NCBI GenBank assembly: GCA_051651025.1
Contig: JBOFRN010000045.1
Location: 2,431-66,430, forward strand
Length of the DNA stretch: 64,000 nucleotides
Direction: 5' to 3'
Origin: Phocaeicola sp.
GTDB taxonomy: Bacteria > Bacteroidota > Bacteroidia > Bacteroidales > Bacteroidaceae
Notes under the pieces: model-generated
Told to the model about the DNA's origin: nothing
The model's database searches: none
What the model saw: the letters and a program-made list of their open reading frames with translations, nothing else
Shown here: positions 18,711 through 28,497 of the stretch, one piece after another
Layout of the letters: each line of letters begins with the position of its first letter
How positions within the stretch are numbered: position 1 is the first letter of the stretch
Made by a program: the position numbers and the translations under genes

Positions 18711-19532
18711 ATGAAAAAAGCAATTACCCTCTGTTTAGCTCTTCTTTTTAGAGGCATGCTCTCGGCACAAAGCTACAACGAGATTACTTCGCAAGCACTG
18801 CAAGCGGTAGAGAAAGATAGTTTGGTGCAAGCCGAACAGCTCTTTAAAGAGGCGCTAAGATTAGACCCTGCCAACATGCGCAATGCCCTTCTTTTCTCTA
18901 ATCTAGGTACGGTACAACGCCGAATGAATAGACCCATAGAGGCTATTGAATCGTATACGATGGCGCTCAATATAACCCCCTATGCTATACCTGTATTGCT
19001 AGATCGGGCATCTCTCTATTTGGAGCGTAACTTACTCGATAAAGCCTACTTAGATTACTCTCAGGTACTCGATTTGGATAGACTTAACCCGGAGGCATTG
19101 TTTTATAGAGCCTATGTTTATGCACAGCGCAGGGAGTATGCCGAGGCTCAGATAGATTACAAGACACTGCTTACGGTAGAACCCAATCATAAAATGGCAG
19201 GCATGGGGTTGGCATGGTTACTGCAAAAGTGGATGCGCCATCGCGATGCTTTAGAGGAGTACAACCGCCTGCTCACTCTTTTTCCAGAGGATGCTACCAT
19301 TTTAGTAGCACGTGCCAATTTAGCATTAGAGATGAATACCCCCGATTTAGCTCTGCTGGATCTAGAGGCTGCGTCGAAACTTACCCCCGAAGATGGTGAA
19401 ATACACATTTTGAGGGGTGACATCTATCTTTCGCAGAAAAAGAGACGTGCAGCCAAAGAGGCCTACGAAAAGGCGATGGCACTTGGTGTACCTCGAACCG
19501 AGTTGCAGGAGCGGCTAAAGGCTGCGAAATAG
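18711..19532 (+). CDS. Secreted tetratricopeptide-repeat (TPR) protein
   Basis: 273-aa ORF with a signal peptide (LLFRGMLSAQ). It has repeated 34-aa A/L/Y-rich units such as AEQLFKEALRLDPAN and KAYLDYSQVLDLDRLN. Confidence 0.75.
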   Translation: MKKAITLCLALLFRGMLSAQSYNEITSQALQAVEKDSLVQAEQLFKEALRLDPANMRNALLFSNLGTVQRRMNRPIEAIESYTMALNITPYAIPVLLDRASLYLERNLLDKAYLDYSQVLDLDRLNPEALFYRAYVYAQRREYAEAQIDYKTLLTVEPNHKMAGMGLAWLLQKWMRHRDALEEYNRLLTLFPEDATILVARANLALEMNTPDLALLDLEAASKLTPEDGEIHILRGDIYLSQKKRRAAKEAYEKAMALGVPRTELQERLKAAK

Positions 19533-19553
19533 CCCTGTAGTAGCTACTCTTGC

Positions 19554-21368
19554 TTATTTCTTGGCTACTTTGCGAATAAGAGCTACAAACTCTTTTCCAT
19601 ACTTATCGCGTTTGTATTCGCCAATACCATTTATTTCGCCAAAGGCTTCTATCGTGGTGGGTTGTTCATCGGCTATGGCATGAAGTACTTTGTCGGAGAG
19701 CACAATGTAGGCCGGTATGGCTTGTTGGTCCGCCAGCTTTTTGCGCAATAGGCGTAACTCGTCGAATAGGGTTTGATTCTCTTCGTTTGGAGTAAGAGGT
19801 AAGAAGGTGGCTTGAGTGGTTGCTTTCTTTCCTCCCTTTTGTTTTTTGACGGTAAACTCTTCGTGTTTAATAACAACCAGCATAGCTTGCTCTTTTCCAT
19901 AGAGTACATTGGCACCTGCTTCGGTGATGCGTAGGTGGTTGTTATCGTTGTAAGCTATCTCGAAATAGCCTAGGTTTAGCATCTGTAACAAGTAGTCGTG
20001 CCAGTCGCGTGCCGGTATCTCTCTACCTGCTGCATAGGTTTTAAGTTGGTCGTATCCCTTACTCAGTACTTCTTGCGAGGCCGACCCCTTTAGAATATCG
20101 ACCAATACGCGTGTACCAATAGATTGATTGGTGCGAGCAATGGCACTTAAAGCTTTTTGTACTAAAACGGTTCCATTAAATCGTTCAGGTGGATTGTTAC
20201 ACACATCGCAGTTGCCACAATCTTTTTCAGCATGTTCGCCAAAGTAACTTAATAAGATACGGCGGCGGCAGATATCGGCTTCGGCATACTGTTGCATGCG
20301 GTGCAACTTCTCTAGATTGATTTCCTGTTGATTGCTGTCGGTGGCAAACTTGGTAAGCATTACCAAATCGCCTAGGGAGTAAAAGAGTAGGGTATCGCTA
20401 TTCACACCGTCACGCCCTGCACGCCCTATCTCTTGATAAAAGCTCTCAATACTTTTGGGTAGATTGTAGTGGATGACCCATCGTACATTCGATTTATCAA
20501 TACCCATACCAAAGGCAATGGTAGCACATACCACCTGCACCCGGTCGTTAATAAAATCGTTTTGCGCCCTTTCGCGGGCACTGGGTGTAAGTCCAGCATG
20601 ATATACGGCTACATTTATCCCCTGCTTCTCGAGCATTTCGGCTACCTTTTCGGTCTTGTTGCGGCTCATGCAGTAGATAATGCCACAATCGCCAGGATGG
20701 TTGTCAATAAAATCGAGGATGGTGCGCGTTTTCTCTTTCTGCTGAAAACCTCGTTTTACCTCTAGTTTTAGGTTGGGGCGATCGAAAGAGGAGAGAAAGG
20801 TTTTGGGATCTCTCAAGGCCAGTTGGCGTACAATGTCTTGCCGGGTTATCTTATCGGCCGTTGCGGTTAGGGCCACAATGGGTACTTGGGGGAACTGTTT
20901 GCGTAGGGTTCCCAGTTTGGTGTATTCGGGTCTGAAGTCGTGCCCCCATTGCGAAATACAGTGTGCCTCGTCAATGGCAATAAGAGAAATCTGTATATCG
21001 CGTAACAGAAAATTCATCTCTAGCAACAATCGTTCGGGCGATATATAGAGTAGTTTTACTTTTCCTTGCATACAATCGCGACGCAATGCGAGGTTTTCGG
21101 TCTCATCGTTGGTGCTATTGAGTGCACGGGCAGCAATACCATTGGCTTGCAACGCATCTACTTGGTCTTTCATGAGTGAAATAAGAGGTGATACCACTAC
21201 GGTAGTTCCCTCCATTAAGAGAGCAGGTAGTTGGTAACAAATCGATTTTCCTCCTCCGGTAGGCATCAATACCAGGGTATCCTTTTTGGCGAGCACGTGT
21301 TCGATGATCTCTTGTTGTTGTGCGCGAAAGGTATCGTATCCAAAGTAGGTTTTCAGCGTTTGAAGCAT
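19554..21368 (-). CDS. recQ: ATP-dependent DNA helicase RecQ
   Basis: 604-aa ORF with TGGGKSICYQLPAL (Walker A) and IAIDEAHCISQWGHDFRPEY (DEAH). It also has a zinc-binding CRRRILLSYFGE...CGNCDVC motif and a C-terminal HRDC-like domain. Confidence 0.95.
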   Translation of the reverse strand: MLQTLKTYFGYDTFRAQQQEIIEHVLAKKDTLVLMPTGGGKSICYQLPALLMEGTTVVVSPLISLMKDQVDALQANGIAARALNSTNDETENLALRRDCMQGKVKLLYISPERLLLEMNFLLRDIQISLIAIDEAHCISQWGHDFRPEYTKLGTLRKQFPQVPIVALTATADKITRQDIVRQLALRDPKTFLSSFDRPNLKLEVKRGFQQKEKTRTILDFIDNHPGDCGIIYCMSRNKTEKVAEMLEKQGINVAVYHAGLTPSARERAQNDFINDRVQVVCATIAFGMGIDKSNVRWVIHYNLPKSIESFYQEIGRAGRDGVNSDTLLFYSLGDLVMLTKFATDSNQQEINLEKLHRMQQYAEADICRRRILLSYFGEHAEKDCGNCDVCNNPPERFNGTVLVQKALSAIARTNQSIGTRVLVDILKGSASQEVLSKGYDQLKTYAAGREIPARDWHDYLLQMLNLGYFEIAYNDNNHLRITEAGANVLYGKEQAMLVVIKHEEFTVKKQKGGKKATTQATFLPLTPNEENQTLFDELRLLRKKLADQQAIPAYIVLSDKVLHAIADEQPTTIEAFGEINGIGEYKRDKYGKEFVALIRKVAKK

Positions 21369-21405
21369 GGCTAATAATCTTTTAATAGTCGGAAAAATAA
21401 AGTGA

Positions 21406-21413
21406 CAAAGGTA
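21406..21413 (-). promoter_or_regulatory. Candidate -7 box (TAnnTTTG) for recQ
   Basis: The minus strand reads tacctttg, 37 nt upstream of the recQ ATG (21368). No clear -33 TTTG was seen. Confidence 0.25.
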
Positions 21414-21628
21414 GTGAAAAAAAATGGCTCTCTAATACTTCCTGATATTTGTGAGAAGTAACTTTTTAAGAGTGTTGCTTTAACTTTTTTTATTGTGTTA
21501 TTCTCCTCTTATTTATATAAATTATTGAAACTTCTGCCATAAAAGATTTGTACAAATAAAAAATAATGTTCATTTTTGTATCGTAATTAAACCAATGTTG
21601 AAATACGACCTAATCTAAAAAAAAAAGA

Positions 21629-22093
21629 ATGAACAACACTAATTTAGAAAATGTAATGCAGAGTGTGCTTCCAGGAAGGACACCTTACAATTTGAGGGTA
21701 AAAAAAGAGAAAAATGCTGCGTATCGCTCTCTAATTCGAGCTGAACTAGCAGATGAATTGTACGATAAGATTTTAAATATCGTTGTCGTACAGAAGAAGT
21801 ACAAAGATCCTAACTATTCGGCTAAAGATTTAGCCAAGGAGTTACAAACGAACACACGCTATTTATCGGCAGTAGTCAATTCTCGTTTTGGAATGAACTA
21901 CTCTTGCGTGTTAAACGAATATCGGGTGAAAGATGCCATGCACTTACTGACCGATAAACGATATGCTGATAAAAATATTGAGGATATAAGTGTTATGGTA
22001 GGCTTTTCGAATCGCCAATCTTTTTATGCGGCGTTTTACAAAATAACCGGAGAGACCCCTAATACTTATCGAAAAATGTATCAAAAAAGATAA
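21629..22093 (+). CDS. AraC-family HTH-domain protein (short, DNA-binding domain only)
   Basis: 154-aa ORF. The C-terminal 100 aa have the AraC double-HTH pattern (YSAKDLAKELQTNTRYLSAVVNSRFG ... EDISVMVGFSNRQSFYAAFYKITGETP). No ligand-binding domain is visible. Confidence 0.75.
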   Translation: MNNTNLENVMQSVLPGRTPYNLRVKKEKNAAYRSLIRAELADELYDKILNIVVVQKKYKDPNYSAKDLAKELQTNTRYLSAVVNSRFGMNYSCVLNEYRVKDAMHLLTDKRYADKNIEDISVMVGFSNRQSFYAAFYKITGETPNTYRKMYQKR

Positions 22094-22118
22094 GAACCGA
22101 AAGTCATTATAATACAGA

Positions 22119-22155
22119 AAAAGGAAAACGAATGTTTTCCTTTTCTCGTTTGTTT
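22119..22155 (+). terminator. Probable intrinsic terminator after the AraC-like gene
   Basis: An 11-bp stem (22119-22129 aaaaggaaaac pairs with 22134-22144), loop gaat, followed by the T-rich ctcgtttgttt. Confidence 0.45.
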
Positions 22156-22157
22156 AA

Positions 22158-24221
22158 ATGGAAATTGAATTTAAAATGAAGAGAAAACTATACATGGGAG
22201 TCATAGGAGGAGTTATGTTGGCTAGTTGCAGCCCCAAAAGTGAATCGCAAACAGTCGATTCTTTTAAGTATACAGTAGAGCAGTTTGCCGATTTGCAACT
22301 GTTACGTTACCAAGTTCCAGGGTTTGAGGAGTTACCCCTTCAAACCAAAGCGTTAGTTTACTATCTGTCGGAGGCAGCTTTGCAAGGACGTGATATTTTG
22401 TTCGACCAGAATGGAAAATACAATCTTAGGATTCGTCGCATGTTGGAGGTGGTTTATACCGACTATACAGGCGATAGAAGCGATCCTAATTTTGTGGAAA
22501 TGGAGAACTATCTTAAACGGGTTTGGTTCTCGAATGGTATTCACCACCACTACGGTTGCGATAAGTTCGATCCGCAATTTTCGGCCGACTTCTTTCGTGC
22601 TGCTTTGGAGCAGGTAGATGGGGTTAAACTTCCTTTAGCAGAAGGTGAAACGCTTGCAGCATTATGCGATGAGGTGTTTCCAGTTATTTTCGATGCCACT
22701 GTTATGTCTAAACGCGTAAACCAAGCCGAGGGTGAAGATTTGGTTCTTACATCGGCTGCTAACTACTACGAAGGGGTTACGCAAAAAGAGGCTGAGGATT
22801 TTTATGAAGCACAAAAAGATCCGAAAAACCCTACGCCAGTTATGTACGGTATGAACAGTCGCCTGGTAAAAGAGGATGGAAAAGTATTCGAAAAGGTGTG
22901 GAAGTCGGGAGGTTTGTATGGTCAAGCAATCGATAAAGTTTGCTATTGGTTAGAGAAGGCGGCTACGGTAGCCGAAAATGAGGAGCAGCTGGCTGTTATT
23001 AACAAGTTGATTCAGTTCTATCAAGATGGCGATTTAAAAACGTTTGATGAGTATGCCATTCTTTGGTTGAAAGATTTAAATTCGCACGTCGATTTCGTGA
23101 ATGGTTTTACCGAGAGTTATGGCGACCCATTGGGAATGAAGTCTAGTTGGGAATCGTTGGTGAACTTTAAAGATGTAGAGGCGACCAAACGTGCCGAACT
23201 GATTGGACAGAATGCACAGTGGTTTGAAAATCACTCGCCCGTTGATGGCCGCTTCAAGAAGAAGGAGGTAAAAGGGGTAACGGCCAAAGTGATTACTGCT
23301 GCTATGCTTGCTGGCGATTTGTATCCAGCTACTGCCATTGGTATTAATCTACCCAACTCCAACTGGATTCGCAGTGCGCATGGATCAAAGTCGGTTACCA
23401 TCAACAACATTACCGATGCATATAACAAAGCTTCGCGAGGCAGTGGTTTTATGAACGAGTTTGCTTACAGTGAAGAGGAGATTGCCTTGATTGAGAAATA
23501 TGGCGATGTAACTAGCGACCTGCATACAGACTTGCACGAATGTTTGGGACACGGTTCGGGACAGTTGCTTCCGGGTGTAGATCCCGATGGACTGAAGGCG
23601 TATGGAGCAACCATCGAAGAGGCCCGTGCCGATTTGTTTGGACTTTATTACATGCCCGATGCTAAATTGGTGGAGTTGGGATTAACGCCTACAGCCGATG
23701 CTTACAAAGCCGAGTACTATACTTTCTTATTAAATGGACTCATGACGCAGTTGGTACGCATCGATTTAGGTAAAGAGGTAGAGGAATCGCACATGCGCAA
23801 CCGCCAGCTTATAGCGAAATGGGTATTCGAGAAGGGTACAGCTGAGCAGGTGGTAGAGATGGTACAAAAAGCGGGTAAAACCTATGTGAAGGTAAATAAC
23901 TACGAGCGTTTGCGTGAGCTTTTTGGTGAGTTATTAACCGAAGTACAACGTATTAAGAGCGAAGGCGATTATGCAGCTGCCCGCAACTTGGTAGAGAACT
24001 ATGCGGTTAAGATTGATCCTGTGTTGCACAAAGAGATTCTTGATCGTTATGCCACCTTGAATCTTGCCCCCTACAAAGGATTTGTAAACCCCGTTTACGA
24101 AGCGCAGTACGATACGGCTGGTAACCTAATCGATGTGAAGATTAGCTATACCGAAGGATATGCCGAGCAAATGCTTCGCTATAGTACTGACTACGCTACA
24201 TTACCTTATAGAAACAATTAA
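22158..24221 (+). CDS. Dipeptidyl-peptidase III (peptidase M49)
   Basis: Zinc motifs HECLGH and EEARAD match the M49 signatures (HEXXGH / EEXRAE). The size, 687 aa, is typical of bacterial DPP III. An internal ATG at 22176 gives a lipoprotein-like MKRKLYMGVIGGVMLASC N-terminus and may be the true start. Confidence 0.85.
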   Translation: MEIEFKMKRKLYMGVIGGVMLASCSPKSESQTVDSFKYTVEQFADLQLLRYQVPGFEELPLQTKALVYYLSEAALQGRDILFDQNGKYNLRIRRMLEVVYTDYTGDRSDPNFVEMENYLKRVWFSNGIHHHYGCDKFDPQFSADFFRAALEQVDGVKLPLAEGETLAALCDEVFPVIFDATVMSKRVNQAEGEDLVLTSAANYYEGVTQKEAEDFYEAQKDPKNPTPVMYGMNSRLVKEDGKVFEKVWKSGGLYGQAIDKVCYWLEKAATVAENEEQLAVINKLIQFYQDGDLKTFDEYAILWLKDLNSHVDFVNGFTESYGDPLGMKSSWESLVNFKDVEATKRAELIGQNAQWFENHSPVDGRFKKKEVKGVTAKVITAAMLAGDLYPATAIGINLPNSNWIRSAHGSKSVTINNITDAYNKASRGSGFMNEFAYSEEEIALIEKYGDVTSDLHTDLHECLGHGSGQLLPGVDPDGLKAYGATIEEARADLFGLYYMPDAKLVELGLTPTADAYKAEYYTFLLNGLMTQLVRIDLGKEVEESHMRNRQLIAKWVFEKGTAEQVVEMVQKAGKTYVKVNNYERLRELFGELLTEVQRIKSEGDYAAARNLVENYAVKIDPVLHKEILDRYATLNLAPYKGFVNPVYEAQYDTAGNLIDVKISYTEGYAEQMLRYSTDYATLPYRNN

Positions 24222-24223
24222 TT

Positions 24224-24892
24224 ATGGATGTACACGAAAAGATAAAAGAGATAAAAGCGCAATTCCGTTTGTATATGAACGGAGTTGCTTCGCACAGTAT
24301 GCGCGAAAAGGGGTTGGATTATAAGTTAAACTTTGGTATTGAGTTTCCTCGTATCAAAGAGATTGCCCAAAAGTTTGAGAAGAACCATGAGGTGGCACAA
24401 GCACTTTGGAAGGAGAATATTCGGGAGTGTAAGATTTTAGCTGGATTGCTACAGCCAGTCGATACTTTTTATCCCGAGATTGCCGATATTTGGATCGAAG
24501 ATATGCGCTATCCCGAGATTGCCGATCTTACCTGTTTGAATCTGTTTCAATATCTGCCTTATGCTTCAGAGAAGGTATTTGAATGGATGGCTTCCGATCA
24601 ACTTTATTTCCAGTTTTGTGGCTATATGCTGATGGGAAGACTATTGATGAAAGGGCAGGAGTTGAGTGATGAGGCTGAGGCCGAATTTATAGATCATGCC
24701 AAGGTAGCCTTGCAAGACGAGAATGTATTGTTGCAAAAAGCAGTAACCACCGCTTTGCGTAAGTATGCAGCCCAATCTAAGGAGAATGCACAGAAGATCG
24801 TAAAAGAGTTACGACCTTTGGAAAACTCGACCAAGCCTTATGTAGCTGTTTGTGTGGAAGAAGTGAAAAATGAGTTAGAATATTGGACGTAA
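24224..24892 (+). CDS. AlkD-like HEAT/ARM-repeat protein (DNA alkylation repair enzyme family)
   Basis: 222-aa all-helical ORF starting 2 nt after the DPP III stop. The N-terminal FRLYMNGVASHSMREKGLDYKLNFGIEFPRIKEIA resembles the DNA_alkylation (AlkD-like) family. This is a family call from memory. Confidence 0.55.
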   Translation: MDVHEKIKEIKAQFRLYMNGVASHSMREKGLDYKLNFGIEFPRIKEIAQKFEKNHEVAQALWKENIRECKILAGLLQPVDTFYPEIADIWIEDMRYPEIADLTCLNLFQYLPYASEKVFEWMASDQLYFQFCGYMLMGRLLMKGQELSDEAEAEFIDHAKVALQDENVLLQKAVTTALRKYAAQSKENAQKIVKELRPLENSTKPYVAVCVEEVKNELEYWT

Positions 24893-24946
24893 ACTTTCAA
24901 GTTAATATAAAAAGGGCTAACTTTGAACACTGAACGAAGAGTTGGG

Positions 24947-25414
24947 ATGGAAGAAAATGTGAAAGATACTGTCAAGCAGGTTCTAACCGAATATCTGCAA
25001 GCGAACGGACATCGAAAGACGCCTGAACGCTATGCTATACTTCATACCATCTATTCCATCGAGGGGCATTTTGATATAGATTCACTCTATCATACCATGG
25101 CTACCGAAGGAGAATTCCGAGTAAGTAGAGCCACCTTATACAACACTATCATCTTGTTGATTGATGCCAATCTAGTCATTAAGCATCAGTTTGGCAACTC
25201 TTCTCAATACGAGCGTGCTTATAACAACGGCACCCACCATCACCAAATATGTACGGAATGCGGAAAGGTTACAGAGTTTCAAGATGAAACCCTGAAAGAA
25301 GCTATAAGTAATGCGAAGCTGAAGAAATTTCAAGCTTCGCACTATTCGTTGTATATATATGGTGTTTGTAGCAAATGTGCATGGGCAAAACGAAGAAAAA
25401 AAACAAATAAATAA
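24947..25414 (+). CDS. Fur-family metalloregulator
   Basis: A winged HTH ([13 protein letters not shown]...[14 protein letters not shown]) and a structural Zn site [11 protein letters not shown] ... CSKC. The ORF track starts at TTG 24923; I prefer ATG 24947. Confidence 0.8.
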   Translation: MEENVKDTVKQVLTEYLQANGHRKTPERYAILHTIYSIEGHFDIDSLYHTMATEGEFRVSRATLYNTIILLIDANLVIKHQFGNSSQYERAYNNGTHHHQICTECGKVTEFQDETLKEAISNAKLKKFQASHYSLYIYGVCSKCAWAKRRKKTNK

Positions 25415-25423
25415 TTGAAAAGC

Positions 25424-26707
25424 ATGAAAGTAGATGTCTTATTAGGATTACAGTGGGGAGACGAAGGCAAAGGAAAAGTTGTCGATGTATTAACCCCTCG
25501 TTATGATGTAGTAGCTCGTTTCCAGGGCGGTCCCAATGCGGGTCATACGTTGGAGTTCGAAGGTCATAAATATGTACTTCGCTCTATCCCTTCAGGAATT
25601 TTCCAAGGCGATAAGGTAAATATCATCGGTAACGGTGTGGTTTTAGACCCTGCTCTTTTCAAAGCAGAGGCCGAAGGACTAGAAGCGAGTGGACACCCTT
25701 TGAAAGAGCGTTTACACATCTCTAAAAAAGCACACCTTATCTTGCCTACCCACCGCATGCTTGATGCTGCTTACGAAGCAGCCAAAGGCGATGCAAAGGT
25801 AGGTACTACCGGTAAGGGAATTGGTCCTACTTATACCGATAAAATAAGCCGCAATGGTTTGCGTGTAGGCGATATCTTAAGCAATTTCGAAGCGAAATAT
25901 GCAGCTGCTAAGGCCAAACACGAGTTTATATTGAAAAGCTTGAACTTTGAATACGATCTTACTGCACTCGAGGCAGAGTGGATGGCAGGTATCGCTTACT
26001 TGAAAGAGTTCCACTTGGTAGATAGTGAACAAGAGATCAATGGCTTGTTGAAGGCCGACAAGAGCATCTTGTGCGAAGGCGCACAAGGTACTATGCTTGA
26101 TATCGATTTTGGATCGTATCCTTTTGTTACCTCTTCGAATACAGTAACCGCAGGTGCTTGCACCGGTTTAGGTATTGCGCCTAACAAAATTGGCGAAGTA
26201 TTTGGTATCATGAAAGCGTACTGTACACGTGTGGGCTCGGGTCCTTTCCCAACTGAACTGTTCGATGAAACAGGTGAGAAGCTTTGCCAATTAGGTTTTG
26301 AGTTTGGTTCGGTTACAGGACGCAAACGTCGTTGTGGCTGGATTGACTTAGTAGCTTTAAAATATGCCATCATGATTAATGGAGTTACGCAACTTATTAT
26401 GATGAAGAGTGATGTACTCGATACATTCCCTACCATCCAAGCATGTGTGGCTTACAAAGTAAATGGCGAAGAGGTAGACTATTTCCCATACGATCTTACT
26501 GAAGAGGTAGAGCCTGTATATGTTGCTTTGGAAGGATGGCAAAGCGATATGACACGTATGACGAATGAAGATGAGTTCCCTGAAGAGTTCAATGCATACG
26601 TTTCTTTCCTTGAAGAGCAATTGGAGACTCCGATTAAGATTATCTCAGTAGGTCCTGACCGCGATCAAACCATTGAGCGTTATAACGAAGAGGAAGCAGC
26701 TTGCTAA
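25424..26707 (+). CDS. purA: Adenylosuccinate synthetase
   Basis: MKVDVLLGLQWGDEGKGK P-loop, plus GGPNAGHT, TTGKGIGPTY and GSVTGRKRRCGW. The ORF track starts at TTG 25415; ATG 25424 gives the canonical N-terminus. Confidence 0.95.
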   Translation: MKVDVLLGLQWGDEGKGKVVDVLTPRYDVVARFQGGPNAGHTLEFEGHKYVLRSIPSGIFQGDKVNIIGNGVVLDPALFKAEAEGLEASGHPLKERLHISKKAHLILPTHRMLDAAYEAAKGDAKVGTTGKGIGPTYTDKISRNGLRVGDILSNFEAKYAAAKAKHEFILKSLNFEYDLTALEAEWMAGIAYLKEFHLVDSEQEINGLLKADKSILCEGAQGTMLDIDFGSYPFVTSSNTVTAGACTGLGIAPNKIGEVFGIMKAYCTRVGSGPFPTELFDETGEKLCQLGFEFGSVTGRKRRCGWIDLVALKYAIMINGVTQLIMMKSDVLDTFPTIQACVAYKVNGEEVDYFPYDLTEEVEPVYVALEGWQSDMTRMTNEDEFPEEFNAYVSFLEEQLETPIKIISVGPDRDQTIERYNEEEAAC

Positions 26708-26711
26708 TTGG

Positions 26712-27095
26712 ATGCCTAACATGGAGATAGGATTAACATATACAAGCCAAGTTGTTGTAGCAACAGAGAACATAGCCGCCACAATGGGATCGGGCGATTT
26801 AGCCGTTTTTGCAACCCCTTCTATGGTGGCCTTGATGGAAAATGCGGCCATGAAAGCAGTTAGCGAACACCTTTCTGAGGGATCGACAACGGTTGGGGCC
26901 ATGATGAATACTACACACATCAAGCCATCGGCTGTAGGAAAGAAGATTTCGGCAACGGCTACTTTAACGGAGGTAGAAGGACGCAAGTTGGTATTTTCGG
27001 TAGTGGCACAAGATGAACAAGGAATCATTGGTGAGGCTACGCACGTACGCTATGTAGTGGATCGTGAGAAGTTTATGCAAAAAGTACAAGGGTAG
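26712..27095 (+). CDS. Hotdog-fold thioesterase family protein
   Basis: About 127 aa, with ATMGSGDLAVFATPSMVALMENAAMKAV and TLTEVEGRKLVFSV typical of small hotdog thioesterases. The ATG at 26712 lies 4 nt after the purA stop; the longer ORF-track start overlaps purA. Confidence 0.6.
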   Translation: MPNMEIGLTYTSQVVVATENIAATMGSGDLAVFATPSMVALMENAAMKAVSEHLSEGSTTVGAMMNTTHIKPSAVGKKISATATLTEVEGRKLVFSVVAQDEQGIIGEATHVRYVVDREKFMQKVQG

Positions 27096-27123
27096 TTCGT
27101 TGTAATGACTCTATCTGGATAAG

Positions 27124-27170
27124 AAATCGGAGGCTAGTCTGTATAGGATAGCCTCCGATTTTTGTTTTTT
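27124..27170 (+). terminator. Rho-independent terminator
   Basis: aaatcggaggct (27124-27135) pairs with agcctccgattt (27150-27161), then a T-rich run extends to 27170. Confidence 0.75.
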
Positions 27171-27259
27171 ATATTTTTCTAAATCTAGATTCCTATTTTT
27201 ATTTTCTATCTTTGGCAGCTGATTAACTAAAGTCTATATCTATTAATTAAACAATCTTT

Positions 27260-28354
27260 ATGGAAAACGCAAAATTGAACGAAATTGTATCGAACTTTAC
27301 TATTCAAGGAACTGTTGGCGAGATTAAACCACTTGGAGCAGGTCTAATTAACGATACTTTCGTTGTAAAGACGACCGAAAAAACGACCCCAGACTATGTA
27401 CTACAACGCATTAACAATGCCATCTTTCAAGATGTAGAGATGTTAATGAACAATATTGAAGCAGTTACTACACATATTCGCACGAAACTTGAGCAAGCTG
27501 GCCAGGCAAGTGGAAAGACTACACTTTGCTTTATTCCTAACAAAACCGATGGTAAACTTTACTTTGTGACTGAGGATAAAAGCTACTGGCGAATTATGGA
27601 GTTTATCCCAAATGCAATAACCAAAGAGGCAGTAAACCCCGAATCATCGTATGCAGCAGGCGAATCATTTGGAGAGTTCCAAGCAATGCTAACCGATATC
27701 CCCGTGCAACTGGGTGAGATTATTCCCGATTTCCACAATATGGAGTTCCGTTTGAAACAACTTCGTGAGGCGGTAGCAGCAAACAAAGCAGGCCGTTTAG
27801 AAGAGGTGCAATACTTTATTGATGAGATTGAGAAGCGTGCCGAAGAGATGTGTAAAGCAGAGCGCTTAGGCCGTGAAGGGTTATTGCCCAAACGTGTTTG
27901 CCACTGCGATACCAAAGTAAATAACATGATGTTTGATCAAAATGACAATGTACTTTGTATTATCGACCTCGATACAATTATGCCTAGCTTTATCTTCTCC
28001 GATTATGGCGACTTCTTACGTACGGGTGCCAATACCGGTGAGGAGGATGATCAAAACCTAGAGAATGTAAACTTTAACCTTCCTATTTTTGAAGCCTTTA
28101 CCAAAGGATATTTGAAAGGCGCTGCTTCCTTCTTAACTCCACTCGAAATTGAGAACCTTCCTTATGCAGCTGCTCTCTTCCCCTATATGCAGTGCGTACG
28201 CTTTTTAGCCGATTACATAAATGGAGATACCTACTATAAAATTAAGTATCCCGAGCATAACTTAGTACGTACGAAAGCACAGTTTAAGCTGTTGCAAAGT
28301 GTAGAAGAACATACGCCTTATATGCAAGCGTTTATTAAGAGCTGTTTGGCTTAA
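27260..28354 (+). CDS. nahK: N-acetylhexosamine 1-kinase-like APH-family kinase
   Basis: 364-aa ORF with the APH catalytic loop [12 protein letters not shown] and IIDLDTIMP. The C-terminal [33 protein letters not shown] closely matches my recollection of Bifidobacterium NahK ([33 protein letters not shown]). Confidence 0.7.
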   Translation: [364 protein letters not shown]

Positions 28355-28375
28355 ATGTACGTTTACAATCCCATA

Positions 28376-28423
28376 GAATCGCATGGTTGGCTGCCTTATA
28401 AAAGGTAGGTAGCCATGCGATTC
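28376..28423 (+). terminator. Imperfect long hairpin downstream of the nahK-like gene
   Basis: gaatcgcatgg (28376-28386) pairs with ccatgcgattc (28413-28423), with further wobble pairing inside. Only a weak T-run lies about 20 nt downstream. Confidence 0.4.
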
Positions 28424-28497
28424 GCATAACCAATAGGGTTCTTTTTCCCCCTTAGCCCCCCTCTATTCCATTCAATTCTGTACGTTCTATTTTGCTT

